A DNA stretch of 64,000 bases, taken from assembly GCA_963745075.1 (NCBI GenBank), contig CAVUWV010000018.1:224001-288000 (forward strand). Direction: 5' to 3'. How positions within the stretch are numbered: position 1 is the first letter of the stretch; each line of letters starts with the position of its first letter. The notes beneath the pieces were generated by a model. That model saw only the letters and a program-made list of their open reading frames with translations, made no database searches and was not told the DNA's origin. This stretch comes from Candidatus Hydrogenedentota bacterium (GTDB taxonomy: Bacteria; Hydrogenedentota; Hydrogenedentia; Hydrogenedentales; SLHB01). The position numbers and the translations under genes are program-made. Shown here piece after piece: positions 38,708-50,116 of this stretch.

Positions 38708-39380
38708 CGCTCTCCACCTGTCCATCGCGCAGACGAATGACACGGCCAGCACGCTCGGAGATCTCGTCGGAGTGGGTCACCATGATGATGGTCTTGCCCT
38801 GATTGTGCAAGTCGTCAAACACGCCGAGTATGTCCGAGCCGGACGATGAATCGAGGTTACCGGTGGGTTCGTCGGCCAGGATGATCAGCGGATCGTTGGC
38901 CAGGGCCCGCGCCACGGCAACACGTTGCTGCTGTCCGCCGGACAACTCGAACGGTTTGTGATCCATGCGGTCACCCAGCCCCACGCGTTCCGCCAATTGC
39001 ATCGAGACGATATGACTTTCGTGCTGGGGGCGACCCTGGTAATACAACGGAACCTCGATGTTTTCGAGCACGTTCAGTTGCTGGATGAGATTGTAGGACT
39101 GAAAGACGAAACCAATCCGGGTACCCCGAATGGTCGACAGTTCGTCATCGTCAAGTGTCGAGACATCATCGGTGCCGAGGATGTAGGTGCCTTTGCTCGG
39201 ACGATCGAGGCACCCCAGGATATTCAACAAGGTCGACTTGCCGCACCCGGAGGGGCCCATGATCGTAATGTATTCACCGGGGAAGAAGTCCAGCGATACG
39301 CCGCGCAGGGCTTCCACCATGATCGAACCCATCAGATATTGCTTGCGAACCTCATCTATTTTTGCGATGGCGTCTTGCAC
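38691..39380 (-). CDS. ABC transporter ATP-binding protein (LolD/MacB type)
   Basis: [34 protein letters not shown]. Confidence 0.94.
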   Translation of the reverse strand: MQDAIAKIDEVRKQYLMGSIMVEALRGVSLDFFPGEYITIMGPSGCGKSTLLNILGCLDRPSKGTYILGTDDVSTLDDDELSTIRGTRIGFVFQSYNLIQQLNVLENIEVPLYYQGRPQHESHIVSMQLAERVGLGDRMDHKPFELSGGQQQRVAVARALANDPLIILADEPTGNLDSSSGSDILGVFDDLHNQGKTIIMVTHSDEISERAGRVIRLRDGQVESDDRRN

Positions 39381-39389
39381 TGTTCCATG

Positions 39390-41411
39390 TCAACCTTGCT
39401 GCGGACCGCGTCCTGCGCCGGAATCATCACCGCCTCGTTGTCCGCCACCTTGGTCGTCGCCTCCGTCCGGTTGCTGCTTCTTCTCTTCACCGCCGGGTCC
39501 GGACTTCTCCGTGGTTGAGTGTCCCTGGGGGGCGCGCAACAACACGCGCTCACCCTCTTTCAAGCCATTGTTGATGGCGATGAACTCCCTGTTGAAGTCT
39601 CCAGTTTCGACGATCCGCCGTTCCGTGCGCCCACTCGACGTTTCTACGTAGCAAACGCGCTGGTCTTTTTCCGCCTGCACGGCCTGAATCGGCACGTATA
39701 CCACATCGGCAAGCTGCGCGACTTCGATTTCTACCTGGGCGCTCATTCCCGGCTTCAACCAATCGTAGGTGCCACCGATGCTCACCATCGTGGGGTAGAG
39801 TTTCAAGTCCGGATTCATCCATCGCGACGTGGAGTCCGGAATCACGCTCACCTTGATGACCTCTCCCGTCAATTCCTCATCTTTGTACGTATCCAAATGG
39901 ATGCGCGCCCTTTGCCCCTTCTTGATCTTCTTGATCGACGATTCGTGAATCTTGACCTTCACGGCCATCTGGGTCATATCGGGAATGGTAATGATCTCTT
40001 GCCGTTCGTAGACCGCCGCGCCTTCTTCGATCTGATCGCGGTTTCGCCAAGGCTCGTCGCTACCCGCGTAAACTACGAGTCCGGGTCGTTCCGCACGGAT
40101 GGTGCACGCGTCCAACTGGTCCTGCAACTCTTTCATGCGGGCTTCGCGCAGCTTGAAATTGGCTTCGCTCGATTTCCATTTGGCTTCCGCTTGCGCTTCG
40201 GTGGCGACGCCCTTCTTGATGGTCCGTTCGAGTTTGCGAATCGCCTCCTCGTAATCGGAGAGGAGCTTTTCCGCCTGCTTGGGAAATTCGTACTTGATGA
40301 AAAGTTCTTCGGCCGTCTCGGCCGATTCAAGGCTGATCGTGTTCTTTTTGACACTCATTTCGTCGCCGTCCAATTCCTGCTTGGTGACGAAATTCTTCTC
40401 GGCCAGCCGGCGCGTCCCTTCCAGTTTCACTTTGGCGAGGGCGAGTTCCTCTTCCGAGATCAACCGATCGCTCTGCAACGTGCGCAAGGTTTGCTCGGCT
40501 TCGCCATCACCCAGCTTTTCGGGCGACGCATATTGGGAGAAATCCACATCGGGCCGGTTCAAGTCCGTCACCGATGAGCTGGCCATTTGTACCGCTTCGT
40601 CTGAACCCGGCTCGACGACGGTCGCCGGATCGACTTCGGGCGGATCGCTGGAGGTGCCGGTCGTTGCGACGGGTACCTTGTCGCCAGCCATTTCGGCGGG
40701 AAGGTCGCCACCCTCCAAGTCCGATTCGGCTTTCGACCCATCGAGTTCGATCGAGGCGGCATCAGGGTTCTCCTCGACCGTGACGGTGGCATCCGCGGCA
40801 ATGCTTTCTTCCGATGCCTCGCGCGTCTCCTCGACCATGGCATCGATGTCGACCGCAAGATCGAGATTGTCCACGATGTCGTCAGCCAACTGGTCGCCCA
40901 TATACTTCTTGAAATCCATCAACGCGAATTTCACTTCGAGTTCCGACGCCTTGATATCGCTTTCATTCTGCTTGACCTGGATCTCGTACTGTTCGCGGGC
41001 GTCCGTAAAGTTGGCGTATGCGCTCTGAAACTCGATGGTCTGCTGGGTGATCTTCTCGAGCAGTTCGGAGTCGTCCAAGGTGACGAGGATTTTGCCTTCG
41101 TCCACGTCCTGCTGGGTCACGAGGTACCCTTCTTCCACGATGGAGAGGATTTTGGTCTCGCCCTTAATCTCCGACTTAATCGTCTGCGATTCCCGGGCTT
41201 CTACATTGCCTCCCTCCACCACGGAGATGGTAAGGGGTCCCCGCCGCGCGGCAAAGGTGGTGCGCAGTCCGCTCTCCTCTCCCCCTCCTCGGAAGTACAG
41301 AACAATCGCCGCCAATATGACCACCGCAGCGGCAATTCGCACGTAGCGATTGCGCAGGAGCGCACGGAACTTACTTTTCCGCGGTTTGGTCTGAGGTCTC
41401 TGTTGGGACAT
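39390..41411 (-). CDS. Periplasmic adaptor subunit (MacA/HlyD type) with a long acidic insertion
   Basis: N-terminal TM, coiled coil, IRAERPGLVVY, LKPGMSAQVEI, VPIQAV, GLKEGE. Confidence 0.88.
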   Translation of the reverse strand: MSQQRPQTKPRKSKFRALLRNRYVRIAAAVVILAAIVLYFRGGGEESGLRTTFAARRGPLTISVVEGGNVEARESQTIKSEIKGETKILSIVEEGYLVTQQDVDEGKILVTLDDSELLEKITQQTIEFQSAYANFTDAREQYEIQVKQNESDIKASELEVKFALMDFKKYMGDQLADDIVDNLDLAVDIDAMVEETREASEESIAADATVTVEENPDAASIELDGSKAESDLEGGDLPAEMAGDKVPVATTGTSSDPPEVDPATVVEPGSDEAVQMASSSVTDLNRPDVDFSQYASPEKLGDGEAEQTLRTLQSDRLISEEELALAKVKLEGTRRLAEKNFVTKQELDGDEMSVKKNTISLESAETAEELFIKYEFPKQAEKLLSDYEEAIRKLERTIKKGVATEAQAEAKWKSSEANFKLREARMKELQDQLDACTIRAERPGLVVYAGSDEPWRNRDQIEEGAAVYERQEIITIPDMTQMAVKVKIHESSIKKIKKGQRARIHLDTYKDEELTGEVIKVSVIPDSTSRWMNPDLKLYPTMVSIGGTYDWLKPGMSAQVEIEVAQLADVVYVPIQAVQAEKDQRVCYVETSSGRTERRIVETGDFNREFIAINNGLKEGERVLLRAPQGHSTTEKSGPGGEEKKQQPDGGDDQGGGQRGGDDSGAGRGPQQG

Positions 41412-43320
41412 CAGAAATGTCCTCCCACTGTCCGTTCTCCTTAATAAATAGGATCCCCATATCGCGCCAGAATTGAAGGCGTGAGATCGTGTGTCGAATC
41501 AATGCGTCCGTCAACTCGTTCTGGGCATCCGTATAGGCGTTTTGCGCGTCGATCTGGTCGAGCGGAATCGCGATGCCGAGTTCGGAACGAAGGTCTTGCT
41601 CCTCGACGCGCCGTTTCGCGAGATCCAGGGCCAGTTTGCGGTTTTCGTAGTCCCAGCGCGCCTGATCCAAATCGCGCCACGCATTGCGCACGTCCAGTGT
41701 AACATTATCCTCTGCAAGCGACAATTCCCGGAACGCCCGCTCGTAGGAAATCAGACTGGTCCGGTAGGTATTCCGTTCGGACTTGCGATCCAGGGGCAAA
41801 TCCACGTCAAACCCCGCGCTCCACCGGGCGCGCTGAAAGTCCAACGTATTGAACGTGTCCTGACCGGGATCGCTGTCCACATTGCCGGAAACGACCAGAT
41901 CGAGGTCCGGTTTCAGGTTGTTCGCGGCGACCTTGATCTTGCGTTCGGCGTCATCAACTTCGTCTCGTACGTTGTACAAATCCAACCGCGCGACGCGGGC
42001 CACGGCGACGGCGTCTTCACTGGCGATATCGGGGTGGATGATCCCCCGAGCCATCAGCCGGGTAAGTTCCTCGTCATCCAACACGATCGGCGTTTCGGTG
42101 GAGAGACCGAGCAGAATCTTGAATTGGTCGAGACTTTGCTTGTAGGCACGTACCGAATTCACCCAGGTGTTCTCAGCGTTCAATTCCGATTGCTCGATTC
42201 GTCCGAGACCGGCCTGGGTCGTGCGCCCCTCGTCTGCAAGGGCCCGCGTCAATTCGGCTTGGCGGCGAAACGCCTGATAGCCTTGCCAGTTGTTGCGCAC
42301 GGCGTCCCGCCGTTGCAGGACTTCGTAGTAGTTAGAAGCCACCTGCACGGCGAATTCCTTGCGGTACCGTGTGAAGGACCGCAATTGGTACAGCACGTCC
42401 CGCTCGGACTGGGTCAACACTTCCGCCGCCACGTCACTTCCACGTCCCCGGAGAAGCGGCTGCGTAATGCTGCCGACAAGTGCTGACGACGTGGAAACGT
42501 CGGGATTCCCGGTCAAGAAACGAAGGAAGTTCGAGGTCAGGCCGATGGCAATCTGGCCGCCCCCCTTGAGCAACATCCCCACGCCGATTCTGGATTGACC
42601 GGATACGCTGCGTTCGTTGCGGATTTCGTTGTCCGGCTGATTGGCCCCGGAAACGGTGAAAGCCTCATCGACGACGTTCGCATAGGAGTTGAGCAACTGA
42701 GCGGGCGTGCCGGAGAGGGCCGCGATGCCTTCCAGCGTCGCGATGGAGACGTTATTCGGCGCCACGCCGAACAACTCCAGATACCCGGCCGCCGTCGAGG
42801 CGTTGCCCAAGCTGGTGGACGCATTGTTTCCGGCCTGGCTCAGCCACCCCGGAATCGCCTGCGCGAGTTCTGCCGAGCCGGAGAGCTTGGAGACATCCGT
42901 CGTGGAACGATTGTACTCCGATGATCCTTGCGCGGAGAAGATGGGTGCATATCGATGACGGTCGAGTGTCAACGAAAGAGCCTGAAGGTACAGTAATTCC
43001 TTCTGATTCTGGTAGGTGCGGTTGTGATTCACAGCGATCCGAAGTGCATCTTCGAGTGAAATAATGTGGGCGCCGATTTCAAACGATCCCGCGTCGCCCA
43101 AATAATCGTCGGTTTCGCTGGATACGGGCAAGCTTTCCAGGGGGTCCGTCTTTACTTCGTCAATGGTGAAGTCCAACGTCATGCCCGGAACGGCGGGACT
43201 CTTCTGGTCGATGATCTTGTACGCCTCGCGGTCCGCGCTTTCGCGATAGTGGGTGGTCGTACAGCCCACGGCAAAGATTAATCCCAGCGAGAGAATCAGT
43301 GTGATACGAGAAGCATTCAT
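41371..43320 (-). CDS. TolC-family outer-membrane lipoprotein
   Basis: Lipobox AVGC; SLEDALRIAV, ITQPLLRG, helical repeats; first gene of the exporter operon. Confidence 0.85.
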   Translation of the reverse strand: MNASRITLILSLGLIFAVGCTTTHYRESADREAYKIIDQKSPAVPGMTLDFTIDEVKTDPLESLPVSSETDDYLGDAGSFEIGAHIISLEDALRIAVNHNRTYQNQKELLYLQALSLTLDRHRYAPIFSAQGSSEYNRSTTDVSKLSGSAELAQAIPGWLSQAGNNASTSLGNASTAAGYLELFGVAPNNVSIATLEGIAALSGTPAQLLNSYANVVDEAFTVSGANQPDNEIRNERSVSGQSRIGVGMLLKGGGQIAIGLTSNFLRFLTGNPDVSTSSALVGSITQPLLRGRGSDVAAEVLTQSERDVLYQLRSFTRYRKEFAVQVASNYYEVLQRRDAVRNNWQGYQAFRRQAELTRALADEGRTTQAGLGRIEQSELNAENTWVNSVRAYKQSLDQFKILLGLSTETPIVLDDEELTRLMARGIIHPDIASEDAVAVARVARLDLYNVRDEVDDAERKIKVAANNLKPDLDLVVSGNVDSDPGQDTFNTLDFQRARWSAGFDVDLPLDRKSERNTYRTSLISYERAFRELSLAEDNVTLDVRNAWRDLDQARWDYENRKLALDLAKRRVEEQDLRSELGIAIPLDQIDAQNAYTDAQNELTDALIRHTISRLQFWRDMGILFIKENGQWEDISDVPTETSDQTAEK

Positions 43321-43636
43321 GGAGTAACTGCGTGGCCCCGGCCCAACGAACCCGTTCGGCTTTAACAACTTACCAACAATTCGAACATTAACAATTGACA
43401 TCAAAAGACATACTCTATCACAAGATGGAACCCGAAAGGACGCAAAAAGTTCCACGAGCCGGATTCGCGCCGCGACTGCCCACCCCACCCATCGCCGGGA
43501 GAACGCAGTAGTAATAACCCACCGAGTCTATTTCGTGTCTTCAGTTCTATGCACCCGATCGCCGGTATCGATCACGAGGACGGCTCGATCAAGGCCAGAA
43601 ATGGGAAGAGGACTCGGTGGCAGAGCAAGGCCGAAT

Positions 43637-44572
43637 TCACAAGGGATGTGTGTCAAAGAATGCCCGAACTTCCTCCACGTCGCGGCCGATCTGGGCAATC
43701 AATTCGGTAACGGAGGGAAACTTGAGTTCAGACCGGAGCCGGCGAAGAAAGGTAATTTCGATTTCGTGCCCTTCTAAGTCGCCCTCAAAATCCAGGAGAA
43801 AGGCCTCGATCGCCACATCTTCATTACGGATGGTCGGCGCTACCCCGATGTTCACGGCTGCCGGGTAGGCGGCATCGTCGACGTCCGCGCGGGCGACATA
43901 GACGCCCTGCGCGGGGATCGCACTATGGTGCGGCTCGATGTTGGCGGTCGGAAACCCGAGTGTTGTGCCCACTTTGCGCCCCGACACGACCTCGCCCACG
44001 ATGGAGTAGGGCCGGCCCAGAAAGGTCTCCGCCTTTTCCAGGTCGCCCAGGAGCAATCGCTCCCGGATGAGCGTGCTGCTGACGCGTTCCCCGTCACGGA
44101 GAAGGGGCGGAACCTGGGTGACCGAAAACCCGTATTCTGGTGCGAGTTCTTTGAGAAGTTCGAAATCGCCACGGGCGTCGTGGCCAAACCGGAAGTCGTG
44201 ACCGACGACGATGGCCTGCACGTTGCAGCGATCCACGAGAATCGTCTTTACAAAGTCTTCGGGTTCGAGTGCCGCCACACTGGCGTCGAACGGGAGAATG
44301 AAAACTGCGTCAATCCCGGCTTCGGCAAACAGACGCCATTTCTTACTTTCGTTTGTGAGGAGACTGGGCGCGTGCTCCGGGGCAAAGAATTCGCGGGGAT
44401 GGGGTTTCAATGTGAGCACGGCGCCGGCGCCGCCCCGCGCCATCGCCTGGTCGTTCACGGCACTGAGAATCTTGCGATGTCCCAGATGAACGCCGTCAAA
44501 ACTGCCGACCGTCAACACAAGATTCGGGAAGTGGCAGTCCGAAACGAGAATATTCTCAATAACCTCAATCAC
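43637..44572 (-). CDS. ribF: Bifunctional riboflavin kinase/FAD synthetase
   Basis: GSFDGVHLGH, VGHDFRFG, VSSTLIR, LGFPTAN, NIGVAPT; GTG start overlaps the truB stop. Confidence 0.95.
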   Translation of the reverse strand: MIEVIENILVSDCHFPNLVLTVGSFDGVHLGHRKILSAVNDQAMARGGAGAVLTLKPHPREFFAPEHAPSLLTNESKKWRLFAEAGIDAVFILPFDASVAALEPEDFVKTILVDRCNVQAIVVGHDFRFGHDARGDFELLKELAPEYGFSVTQVPPLLRDGERVSSTLIRERLLLGDLEKAETFLGRPYSIVGEVVSGRKVGTTLGFPTANIEPHHSAIPAQGVYVARADVDDAAYPAAVNIGVAPTIRNEDVAIEAFLLDFEGDLEGHEIEITFLRRLRSELKFPSVTELIAQIGRDVEEVRAFFDTHPL

Positions 44573-45462
44573 CGTCCGCACAACACCCGCTTCGGCAGGA
44601 TTCTCCGAACCCCCATGTTCGACTCGACGAGTCCCAGTGCCAGTAGCTCCCCGTCCTCCGACTTCACCTGGATCCATCCGTGATCCACCGGACAGACTTG
44701 CCGCAGATCCGGCGCTTCAATTGTACCGCCAGCGGCAACGACTTTTCGAGATGCGCTGCGCACGACCACCTCGGGAAGATCCAGCGCCTGGCCGAGCGGA
44801 AGAAGTCGCGAGGATACGGTTTCCAGGGACGTAAAGCCGTCCACGGCGAGGGCATCTGCAACGGTATACTTGCCGACGGCCGTCCGCCGAAGTCCCGAAA
44901 GGCAGGCGCCGCACCCCATCTTCTGGCCAACGTCGTGGCATAGACTCCGCGCGTATGTCCCCCGCGTGCAGCACAAACGAAACGTCGCCGTCGGCGGCGT
45001 GCAGTCCAGAATACGGAACTCCTTGACGGTGACCGGCCGGGATTCCCGATGCACGGTTTCACCCTTGCGCGCGCGCTTATACAAACGCTCCCCCCCGACT
45101 TTGACGGCGCTGACCATGGGGGGAACTTGCATGATCGTGCCCACGAAAGCGTCGCAAACCGACTGCAATTCCGCTTGGGACACCAACGGGACTTCTCGCT
45201 CCTCCAAAACGGCGCCATCCAGGTCGTAGGAGTCGGTCGTCGTTCCCAGAAGAATGGCGCCTTCGTACGTCTTGTCGAGGCCGGTGAGAAACTCGGACAG
45301 GCGCGTCGCCGACCCAAGGCAGAGCACCAGCAATCCGGTGGCAGCGGGATCCAGGGTACCCGTATGCCCGATCCGGCGCATGCCTGCCGCCCGGCGGATA
45401 TGGTCCACCACGTCGTGGGACGTCATCCCCGCGGGCTTATCGACCAGCAAGAGTCCGTTCAC
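44569..45462 (-). CDS. truB: tRNA pseudouridine(55) synthase
   Basis: VDKPAGMTSHDVV, GHTGTLDP, QVPPMVSA, GTYARSL. It appears fused to nrnA in the ORF track only because of the nrnA frameshift. Confidence 0.95.
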   Translation of the reverse strand: MNGLLLVDKPAGMTSHDVVDHIRRAAGMRRIGHTGTLDPAATGLLVLCLGSATRLSEFLTGLDKTYEGAILLGTTTDSYDLDGAVLEEREVPLVSQAELQSVCDAFVGTIMQVPPMVSAVKVGGERLYKRARKGETVHRESRPVTVKEFRILDCTPPTATFRLCCTRGTYARSLCHDVGQKMGCGACLSGLRRTAVGKYTVADALAVDGFTSLETVSSRLLPLGQALDLPEVVVRSASRKVVAAGGTIEAPDLRQVCPVDHGWIQVKSEDGELLALGLVESNMGVRRILPKRVLCGR

Positions 45463-46440
45463 AGATCGACTCGCAAGGTATCGCGCAGATACTGGAAAAG
45501 GTGCTCCCGGGCCTCGTCGAGGGGCCAGGGCAGCGAGGCGCCCGCGGCCATCGCGTGTCCTCCGCCACCAAAATGCTGCGCGATTTCGGCGGAGTTGATG
45601 GCGGGTTGCGACCGGAAACTGACCTTGGTCACCTGCGGCTCGGTCTGCCGGAACAGCATGGCCAAGTGCACGCCCTCGAGATTGCGCAGGTAGTTGATTA
45701 GTCCGTCCACGTCCTCCGGGAGTGCCCCCGTTTCGCGCAAATCTTCCTGGGTGATGTAGCCGTGGGCGATGCGGCCGCCGTCGCACATCGCAGCCCGTTC
45801 CAGCAACCGCCGGAGTAGATGAAACTTCCCGACGGACATGGTGTCGATAACGCGCGAGGTAATTTCGCGGAACGTTGATCCCGGTCTCGATGAGCCGGGC
45901 CGCCACCCGGTGCGAATGGGAGGTTGTATTCGCGTAACGGAAATTTCCGGTGTCGGTCGACAATGCCACGTAAAGGCATTCCGCGACGAGCCGGTCCAGG
46001 GGCACTTCGGCCGCGTCAAACAGGTCGACGACGATCTCTCCGGTCGCCGCGTAGCTGGGCGCGATGAAATGCACGGTGCCGTTGCGCTCGTCGGTAATGT
46101 GATGATCCACGATGGCGATCGGCGTATCGGGGGGAATCGACGCGGATACGGCCCCGACCCGTTCGAGGGAGTTCGCGTCGGCGATCAGCACCAGGTCGAA
46201 GGGTCCTTCGATGCGGTCGGCCGCGACGATATCGCCGGCTCCCGGGAGCCAGTCGTATACGCGGGGGACGGGATCGTGAAGGCACGTCGTGACCGCTTCA
46301 ACGCCGAGTGACCGCGCCAAAGACGCCAGCGCAAGAATGGACCCCACGGCGTCGCCATCGGGGTTGACATGGCTGGTAATCAGTACTCGGGAAGCGCCTC
46401 GAATGGCGTCAACGATGGAGGCTGCATTACTCTTGGGCAT
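45459..46440 (-). CDS. nrnA: DHH-family nanoRNase/pAp phosphatase; frameshift near 45870
   Basis: HVNPDGDAVGS, VDHH, TDTGNFRY; after the shift KVSFRS, FGGGGHAMAAG. Confidence 0.88.
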
Positions 46441-46801
46441 TGTCGTCTTGTTCTTGTTCCGCATGGATTTCCCTGAAACGGTCTTCGAGACTGTAGACAT
46501 CGTCCAGCGTGGTGTCCTCAAAAAAGCGAATCTCCGGTGTGACCCGGAGCCGAAGCCGTCTCCCGATTTCACGCCGGATCCATCCGGCCGATTGCTGAAG
46601 TCCGATGAGCGAACTCTTCCGTTCCGCCTCCGAACCGAACACGCTGACGTACACGTTGGCGTAGTGGAGGTCGGGCGACATTTTTACACTCATAACGGAT
46701 ACGAACCCGATACGTGGATCTTTCACGTCCTTGGCGAGAAGATCGGCGACCTCCTTGCGAACTTGCTCGCCTACGCGTTTGGGTCTGGCTTTTTCCATCA
46801 C
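46427..46801 (-). CDS. rbfA: Ribosome-binding factor A
   Basis: VKDPRIG, SPDLHYANVY, LRVTPEIRF. Confidence 0.95.
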   Translation of the reverse strand: MMEKARPKRVGEQVRKEVADLLAKDVKDPRIGFVSVMSVKMSPDLHYANVYVSVFGSEAERKSSLIGLQQSAGWIRREIGRRLRLRVTPEIRFFEDTTLDDVYSLEDRFREIHAEQEQDDNAQE

Positions 46802-47079
46802 ATCATCTCAATGCGGTAATCGACCACCTCGGCGCCCCCTTTGTTGCAGGCGAATCGGGCGATCTCGTTGAGTTGGGTATTCACGAAGCGGCTGTCATCA
46901 CCCACGACGCAGGCCGCGAGACGCGCGCGGCTCCAGTGATCTTTGGGTTCGACCTCCGCAATCGAACAGTTGTACCGGCTGCGCAATTGTTCTTTCAGGC
47001 TCTTAACGACCCGGCGCTTGTCCTTGAGAGACCGGGAACCGGAAACGAGCAGATCGATCGTAAGCAGACCGATGGTCAT
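46798..47079 (-). CDS. DUF503 (YlxP-like) protein
   Basis: SRSLKDKRRVVKSL...YNCSIAEV; typical position between infB and rbfA. Confidence 0.9.
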   Translation of the reverse strand: MTIGLLTIDLLVSGSRSLKDKRRVVKSLKEQLRSRYNCSIAEVEPKDHWSRARLAACVVGDDSRFVNTQLNEIARFACNKGGAEVVDYRIEMM

Positions 47080-47234
47080 TCCGCACGTCCTATCCCGGAA
47101 TTCTCGCACGCACGAGACGCTGGATCGGCAATCCCAATTCGCGCTGAGCTATTACGTTTTCTCGGGAGCATTTCTCACCGCCTCCTGAGACACCGGTCCG
47201 CGAGGGAAGGTCTTCAAGCCGTGCGAAATGTGGG

Positions 47235-50060
47235 CTATGCCAAGGTCTTGGCTACCGATTCGATTCGATAGGTTTCAATGATATCGCCAACCTTGATGTC
47301 CTCGAAGGAATCCAACTTGATACCGCATTCGTATCCGGTGGCGACCGTCCGTGCGTCGTCCTTTTCCCGGCGCAAGGTGGCGACCTTCCCTTCGTAAACG
47401 ATGGCGTCGTCGCGCAGGATCCGGGCGAGCGATCCGCGCTGGACCTCGCCGTCCAACACGTAGCACCCGGCAATGTTGCCGAGCGACGAGGACCGGAATA
47501 CCTGGCGGATTTCGACGTGCCCGGAAACGACTTCCTTCGACTCGGGCGTCAACATCCCTTCCAGCGCCAGGCGGACGTCTTCGATCGCCTCGTAGATGAC
47601 GCGGTAGGTCCGGATATCCACCCCTTCCTGTTCCGCGAGCTTCTGGGCACGCGGACTGGCGCTCACGTGGAACCCCATGATCACGGCGTCGCTCGCGCTC
47701 GCCAGCAGGATGTCGGACTCGTTGATTCCGCCCACGCCGGTGTGAACCAGTTTGACTTCCACTTCCTGGTTGCCCAATTTGGAGAGGCTCGACTCGAGCA
47801 CGTCCACCGAACCTTGCACGTCGGCTTTGACCAGCACGTTCAAGATGTTCTTTTCGCCGGCCATCATCTGCTCGTGGAAGTCTTCGAGCGTGACACGGCG
47901 CAGGGCCCGCCCTTGCTTTTGCTTCGACAAGTCCGCGCGTTTCTCCGCGATGGCCCGCGCCGCGCGCTCTTCTTCAACCGCAGCGAATTGATCGCCCGCA
48001 GCCGGTGGCGCACTGAACCCGGTCACCACGATTGGCGTAGCGGGTCCGGCTTCGGTCAATGACTCGCCGCGGGCATTGTGCATCGTACGCACCCGCCCGA
48101 AGGTCTCCCCGGCGAGGAAGACATCGCCCGCGCGCAACGTCCCTTTCTGGACTAGAATCCACGCCACGGGGCCTTGACCGCGGGAAATCTCGGATTCGAT
48201 GACCACGCCACGCGCGCGCCGGTCGGGGTTCGCTTTCAGTTCGAGCAGTTCCGCCTGCAGCACCAGGAGTTCGAGGAGTTCGTCGATGCCCTCGCCGGTC
48301 TTCGCGGAAATGTTCCGCATGATCGTTTTCCCGCCCCAGGCTTCGTCGACCAATTCGAACCGGGTCAATTCCTGGCGAATGCGGTCGGGCTGCGCATCGG
48401 GTTTGTCGCATTTGTTCACCGCGACCACAATGGGGACCTCGGCGGCCTTGGCGTGATCGATAGCCTCGATCGTTTGCGGCATGACGCCGTCATCGGCCGC
48501 AACCACCAATACCACGATGTCGGTGGCCTGGGCGCCGCGCGAACGCATTTGCGTGAAGGCTTCGTGACCGGGCGTATCGAGGAAGACTACGCGCCCGTCG
48601 CCGATGGGAACGTCGTACGCCGCAATGTGCTGCGTGATACCGCCCGCCTCGCCTTCGGCGACGTTGGCCGCGCGAACGCGGTCCAGGAAGGTGGTCTTCC
48701 CGTGGTCGACGTGCCCCATCACGGTGATGACGGGCGCGCGCGGCTTCAGCGATTCGGGGGCGTCCGGTTCCTGGGCGAGGATTTGGTCCTCTTCCGGGAT
48801 GACGGAACGGACCTCCATTCCCTTGGGCTCGGCGATTTTGCGGATCAAGTCCATCCCGAGCGTCTGGTTCTTCGTAGCCAGGACTTCAAGATCCATCAAG
48901 TCCAGGATAATGTCGTTCACCGAAACATCCATCTGCGACGCCAGCTCCTCGACGGTCATCGTGTCTTCGACTTCGATGACCTTGGGCGACGCATACTGTT
49001 CAATAGCCTCCATATCTCCGCCTTCATCGCGACCTTTCCGCCGCTTTTTCTTGCGCCCCCCGGGACCCATAAGACCACCGCCGGCGTATTCGCGAACGGT
49101 GGCCGCGGCGTCGCGGCGTAGATTCTCTTCAGCGCGCAACCGTTCCGCGCGTTTTTGACGCTTGCGTGCGGTTTTTCCAGTGCCGCCCTTCCGCTGATCG
49201 ATCACGCGTTGGGCCTGGAGTTTCTTCATGCGTTCGGCGGCTTTGCGCTGCACTTCCGCCACAACGGCAGGGTCGGGCTTCACCGCGGGCCGACCCGAAG
49301 TCTTCACGCGGCGGGCTTCTTCCTCTTCCTGCCGCTGTTCGGCTTCCTTCAACAACGGCGAGGACTCGTCCTCCTCCGTCTCGGCGGCCTCGTCGGATTC
49401 GACGATCTCCAGCTCTTTCGCTTCGACGTGGGTGCCATCGGCGCGTACAACTTCAACGGCGGGCTCCGCCTTTTCAACGGCGGCACCGATAATGATGCCG
49501 GGCTCCTTACGCTCTTCCTTCGCTTTCTTGGCTGTCTCCGCTTTCTTCTTCTTCTTCGGCTTGGCCTCGACTGGTTCAGCCTGGAGAACTTCACCCGAAA
49601 CTACCGACTCCGCGGTCTCGCCTCGAATGATCTCGACTACCGGCGCGGATTCTTCGGATTCGGCAGCCTCGGCAGCGGGCGCCATCGGCTCTTCTACTTC
49701 CTCGGCGTCCGTTTCGGCAGTCTTCTTCTTGGCGGGCGCCTTCTTCTTGGCGGCGGGCTTCTTTTTCGCTGCGGCCGCTTTCTTCTTGGCAGCGGCCTTC
49801 TTTCGCGTTTCCGCGCTCTTTTTGGCGGCCTGCCGGAGCTTTTCCTTCTTCTTCTTTTCTTTTTCGATCTCTTTCAATTTCTCATCACGAACCCGCTCGG
49901 CGACGGAAGGATCGTCTGCCACTTCGATAAGCAAGTCACACGCCTCGTCGCCAATGACGGATTCCACGTCATGGACGTCGATAAACATGTAGCGCAGCCG
50001 CTCGATCGCCCATTCGGGCTTGACGTCAAGACGATCGGCTAAGCTGGAAACAGTCTGCAT
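47235..50060 (-). CDS. infB: Translation initiation factor IF-2
   Basis: [42 protein letters not shown]. Confidence 0.98.
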   Translation of the reverse strand: MQTVSSLADRLDVKPEWAIERLRYMFIDVHDVESVIGDEACDLLIEVADDPSVAERVRDEKLKEIEKEKKKKEKLRQAAKKSAETRKKAAAKKKAAAAKKKPAAKKKAPAKKKTAETDAEEVEEPMAPAAEAAESEESAPVVEIIRGETAESVVSGEVLQAEPVEAKPKKKKKAETAKKAKEERKEPGIIIGAAVEKAEPAVEVVRADGTHVEAKELEIVESDEAAETEEDESSPLLKEAEQRQEEEEARRVKTSGRPAVKPDPAVVAEVQRKAAERMKKLQAQRVIDQRKGGTGKTARKRQKRAERLRAEENLRRDAAATVREYAGGGLMGPGGRKKKRRKGRDEGGDMEAIEQYASPKVIEVEDTMTVEELASQMDVSVNDIILDLMDLEVLATKNQTLGMDLIRKIAEPKGMEVRSVIPEEDQILAQEPDAPESLKPRAPVITVMGHVDHGKTTFLDRVRAANVAEGEAGGITQHIAAYDVPIGDGRVVFLDTPGHEAFTQMRSRGAQATDIVVLVVAADDGVMPQTIEAIDHAKAAEVPIVVAVNKCDKPDAQPDRIRQELTRFELVDEAWGGKTIMRNISAKTGEGIDELLELLVLQAELLELKANPDRRARGVVIESEISRGQGPVAWILVQKGTLRAGDVFLAGETFGRVRTMHNARGESLTEAGPATPIVVTGFSAPPAAGDQFAAVEEERAARAIAEKRADLSKQKQGRALRRVTLEDFHEQMMAGEKNILNVLVKADVQGSVDVLESSLSKLGNQEVEVKLVHTGVGGINESDILLASASDAVIMGFHVSASPRAQKLAEQEGVDIRTYRVIYEAIEDVRLALEGMLTPESKEVVSGHVEIRQVFRSSSLGNIAGCYVLDGEVQRGSLARILRDDAIVYEGKVATLRREKDDARTVATGYECGIKLDSFEDIKVGDIIETYRIESVAKTLA

Positions 50061-50116
50061 GTACTCGTACTCCCGGGTTCCCGTAGTTCCTGAAATTCAG
50101 ATCAAAACATGCGCAG

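Noticed and set aside
44569..46572. Apparent 667-aa NrnA-TruB fusion
   Set aside because: Produced by the nrnA frameshift. The true NrnA C-terminus is in another frame and truB has its own GTG start at 45462.
49650..49880. Lys/Ala-rich repeats (AAKKK) in infB
   Set aside because: Ordinary low-complexity N-terminal region of IF-2.
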